From positions 1,080,001-1,112,000 of the forward strand of contig NC_016012.1 of NCBI RefSeq assembly GCF_000283555.1: a stretch of DNA of 32,000 nt, read 5' to 3'. The position numbers were made by a program, and so were the translations under genes. The DNA comes from Candidatus Arthromitus sp. SFB-rat-Yit. Lineage in GTDB: Bacteria > Bacillota > Clostridia > Clostridiales > Clostridiaceae. Positions 29,488-32,000 of this stretch are shown one piece after another. Position 1 is the first letter of the stretch. Each line of letters opens with the position of its first letter. The notes under the pieces were generated by a model. That model was not told the origin of the DNA. It searched no databases and saw only the letters and a list, made by a program, of their open reading frames with translations.

Positions 29488-29512
29488 TTTTGGATATTCC
29501 AAAATTACTTTG
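29480..29512 (+). other. Perfect 15-bp hairpin spanning the stop codon of lipoprotein paralog 1
   Basis: CAAAGTAATTTTGGA - TAT - TCCAAAATTACTTTG; contains the TAA at 29485-29487. No immediate U-tract, followed by GAAAAAAAAGTTTTTT. Confidence 0.8.
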
Positions 29513-29574
29513 AAAAAAAAGTTTTTTGGTGTTAAAATTTAATAAATATTTAAATAAAGAATAAGGTGAAAAAT

Positions 29575-31002
29575 ATGTTAAAAATATTTTCAAAACACTC
29601 TTTAAAACATCTTGGATTTTCATTATTGACAGTATTTGTATTATCAGGGTGTGCTAATAACACTAAACCAATTAACACTACACCTACACAAACTACTACT
29701 GAAACACAAAAAAATACAAATATTGAAACAATGGATAGACTTATTTCTGAAATCCAAAAAAGTATGGCAAAAAATTGGCCAAACATGAATAAAATTTGGC
29801 CAGATCTAGATTATTCGAACCATACTGTTATTTATGCTATATTAGGTACGGAAAATACAAATCCTATAAAACCTGTAAAAGTATGGCTCTTAACTCCAAC
29901 TGAAAAAAGAGAACTATCTCCTGAAGAATATGCAGAAATTAAATTTACATCTGAAGGTGGTTTTAACGGAATAAAATTCCAAGGAAAAGATGCAATTGTT
30001 ACCTCAAGGTTAAGTGATGCACCTATTGAAGAAAATGGATTTGATTCTACAGTTATTGATGAATATCAATTTTTAACTCATGAACTATTTCACTTATATC
30101 ATCAAAAGAATATAGCTCTTCCAGATAATTCAAACAATTCAAGATCTCAAAAATATCCTATTGATTTTGAACCAAGACTTTATAGAAATATGATACATTA
30201 TAATTTAGGAAATGCTGTTATAACAAATGATGATAATACAGCTAAAGAATTTATACAAAAAGCAGCTTACTGGTTCAACAAATGGAAAAATGAATATCCT
30301 GATGAATTTTCTGCCATTGCATCCACAGATATATTTGAAGGAGTTGCAGAATATATAGGTAGACTTTCTAATCTTGCAGGTCAAGATACTATTACTAGGG
30401 AAGATCTTTCTAAATTAATATCTATAGAATCTACTTTTTCAACTCTAGGATTGGATAGTTATGATTTAGGTTTTGTTACTTTATCAGCAATTGAAAGATT
30501 TAAACCTGATTTTAAGGAAGATTTCTCAAAATCTAAAAAATCTCCAATAGAATACCTTTTAGAAAATGTTACTCCTATTGAAGATACACCAAATGAGCAA
30601 TTATCAAACAAATTAAAACAAAATATTAATGAAATAAATGATACTTTAAATAAGTCACTTGAATATATTATTTCTTCGATAGATAATAAAAATATCCCTT
30701 ACTTGAGAATGAAGTCAGAATATAGATCAGAATACGGCTTTTCTGCAGGTGGATTCTTTAATTATAACGGATATGAAATCTTACATGGACTTGATACAGA
30801 ATTCATACAAGACTCATCAAATATTTTATATCTTAAAAATGTTAATACCTTTGAGGAAAATTCAGGTTTTATTTTAATCCCATTAACTGACAAATTTGAA
30901 ATAAATGGAGACACAATGACTTTAACAGATCCTCAAATAAAAGGAACACTTAAGGTAACTACTTCTACCGAAGATGGAAGAACAATTTATACCGTAAAAT
31001 AA
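29575..31002 (+). CDS. Putative zincin-type metallopeptidase lipoprotein (paralog 2)
   Basis: Lipobox VLSGC, LTHELFHLYHQ (HExxH at 30079..30093), TDIFEGVAEYIGRL (Glu at 30337..30339); collinear with paralog 1. ATG 29575 aligns with paralog 1 start (MLKIF vs MLKTF); track start is GTG 29566. Confidence 0.7.
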   Translation: MLKIFSKHSLKHLGFSLLTVFVLSGCANNTKPINTTPTQTTTETQKNTNIETMDRLISEIQKSMAKNWPNMNKIWPDLDYSNHTVIYAILGTENTNPIKPVKVWLLTPTEKRELSPEEYAEIKFTSEGGFNGIKFQGKDAIVTSRLSDAPIEENGFDSTVIDEYQFLTHELFHLYHQKNIALPDNSNNSRSQKYPIDFEPRLYRNMIHYNLGNAVITNDDNTAKEFIQKAAYWFNKWKNEYPDEFSAIASTDIFEGVAEYIGRLSNLAGQDTITREDLSKLISIESTFSTLGLDSYDLGFVTLSAIERFKPDFKEDFSKSKKSPIEYLLENVTPIEDTPNEQLSNKLKQNINEINDTLNKSLEYIISSIDNKNIPYLRMKSEYRSEYGFSAGGFFNYNGYEILHGLDTEFIQDSSNILYLKNVNTFEENSGFILIPLTDKFEINGDTMTLTDPQIKGTLKVTTSTEDGRTIYTVK

Positions 31003-31043
31003 GAAAAGACTATTTACCAACAAATTTGGTAAATAGTCTTTTC
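31003..31043 (+). terminator. Rho-independent terminator after lipoprotein paralog 2
   Basis: Perfect 18-bp arms GAAAAGACTATTTACCAA/TTGGTAAATAGTCTTTTC, 5-nt loop, starting immediately after the stop codon. Confidence 0.8.
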
Positions 31044-31292
31044 TCATATAAAAATCAACTAAATAGTTTTATTCAAACAAAAAATATAATAACTTCATAA
31101 CGAAATTATTATATTTTTATAAATGCTATCTTAAGTTTATCATAAAAAATGGTGCTATCAATCAATAATATTACATCCTTAAAATTAAGAATATAATAAA
31201 ATTAATTAATATATTTTTTTAAAAGGAGTTCATTATTATTATTACCCCTTTATTAAAACTTATACATAAATAATTTTACATATCCCCTAACT

Positions 31293-32000
31293 TCAAATAC
31301 TAATCTTTATACTACTTCCACTATTTGAGTCTATCACTTCTATCTTAGATTTTATAAAATCCTTGAGTTCCTGAACGTGTGAAATTATTCCAATAAGTTT
31401 TGATTCATCATTAGCATCTATTAAACACTCTAGAGCATTTTGAAGTGAATCAGAATCCAAAGATCCAAATCCTTCATCAATAAATAATGTATCTATAGAA
31501 ACTCCTCCTGAATATCTTTGTACTACATCTGATAATCCTAATGCCAAAGCAAGTGAAGCCTGAAAGCTTTCCCCTCCTGAAACTGCATCAAGTCTTCTTT
31601 CTTGGGAAGTTTTATTATCAAATACGCTAATTTCTAATCCTTGTGGACTTCTCATATCTATACTCTCTTTTAGATGTCTAAACAAAAATCTTCCATTTGT
31701 CAACTTTAAAAGTCTTATGTTCGCAGCTTGTATTATTTCTTTAAAATAAATTCCAAGTATATATCTCTCAAAACTAATTTTATAACTATTATTCCCATTT
31801 GCAATTTTGTTTAGCTCATTTAAATTTGTCCTTAATTTTTCACGTTTCAAAATATCTTTATTTATCTCTAAGATGCTTCTATGTACATTTTCAAGCAAAG
31901 ATTTATTTTTATGGTATTTTATTTCGCACTCTTCAATTTCCTTTAAATTATTGGTTAAATCTTCTATATGCAAAAATAATTCATCTCTATTTTTATATGG
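31293..32000 (-). CDS. sbcC: Exonuclease subunit SbcC, C-terminal part (continues off right edge)
   Basis: RFLFRHLKESIDMRSPQGLEISVFDN...RRLDAVSGGESFQASLALALGLSDVVQ...DTLFIDEGFGSLDSDSL. The frame stays open past 31973 (track starts at an internal TTG), reading PYKNRDELFLHIEDL at the edge. Confidence 0.85.
   Translation of the reverse strand, partial: PYKNRDELFLHIEDLTNNLKEIEECEIKYHKNKSLLENVHRSILEINKDILKREKLRTNLNELNKIANGNNSYKISFERYILGIYFKEIIQAANIRLLKLTNGRFLFRHLKESIDMRSPQGLEISVFDNKTSQERRLDAVSGGESFQASLALALGLSDVVQRYSGGVSIDTLFIDEGFGSLDSDSLQNALECLIDANDESKLIGIISHVQELKDFIKSKIEVIDSNSGSSIKISI

Noticed and set aside
31236-31276. AAAAGGAG followed by TTCATTATTATTATTACCCC as a remnant start of a third lipoprotein gene
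   Set aside because: No ATG/GTG/TTG at a suitable distance giving a meaningful frame, and no similarity to the lipoprotein coding sequence that I can support.

Overview
Low-GC Firmicutes/Clostridia-type chromosomal window. Gene content and small compact operons suggest a segmented-filamentous-bacterium-like (Candidatus Arthromitus) or related Clostridial genome; this taxonomic guess is inference. From left to right: (i) a BceRS-AB-type two-component/ABC transporter module, with only the first ~23 codons of the permease inside the window, next to a tRNA-Arg(TCG) gene; (ii) a small YqfO/NIF3 CutA-like protein; (iii) a contiguous minus-strand flagellar export/motor operon: motA-motB-fliL-fliO-fliP-fliQ-fliR::flhB fusion-flhA-flhF-flhG-like-sigma28-hypothetical-two FlgF/FlgG rod proteins; (iv) thioesterase, purB and Gfo/Idh oxidoreductase, divergent from purA; (v) scpB-scpA, an orphan type I specificity subunit (hsdS), a D,D-carboxypeptidase, pdp, deoB, spoIIM and nudF; (vi) two tandem paralogous lipoproteins with HExxH zincin motifs; (vii) the 3' part of sbcC running off the right edge. 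Most of the window is ordinary backbone. Points most worth a second look: an FlhG-position protein that has lost the P-loop, the paired HExxH lipoproteins with a perfect 15-bp hairpin across the first stop codon, an uncalled 28-codon hydrophobic micro-ORF with a strong ribosome-binding site, and a solitary two-TRD HsdS inside otherwise conserved sporulation/nucleoside-salvage gene order. No CRISPR array, rRNA, prophage or transposase was found.
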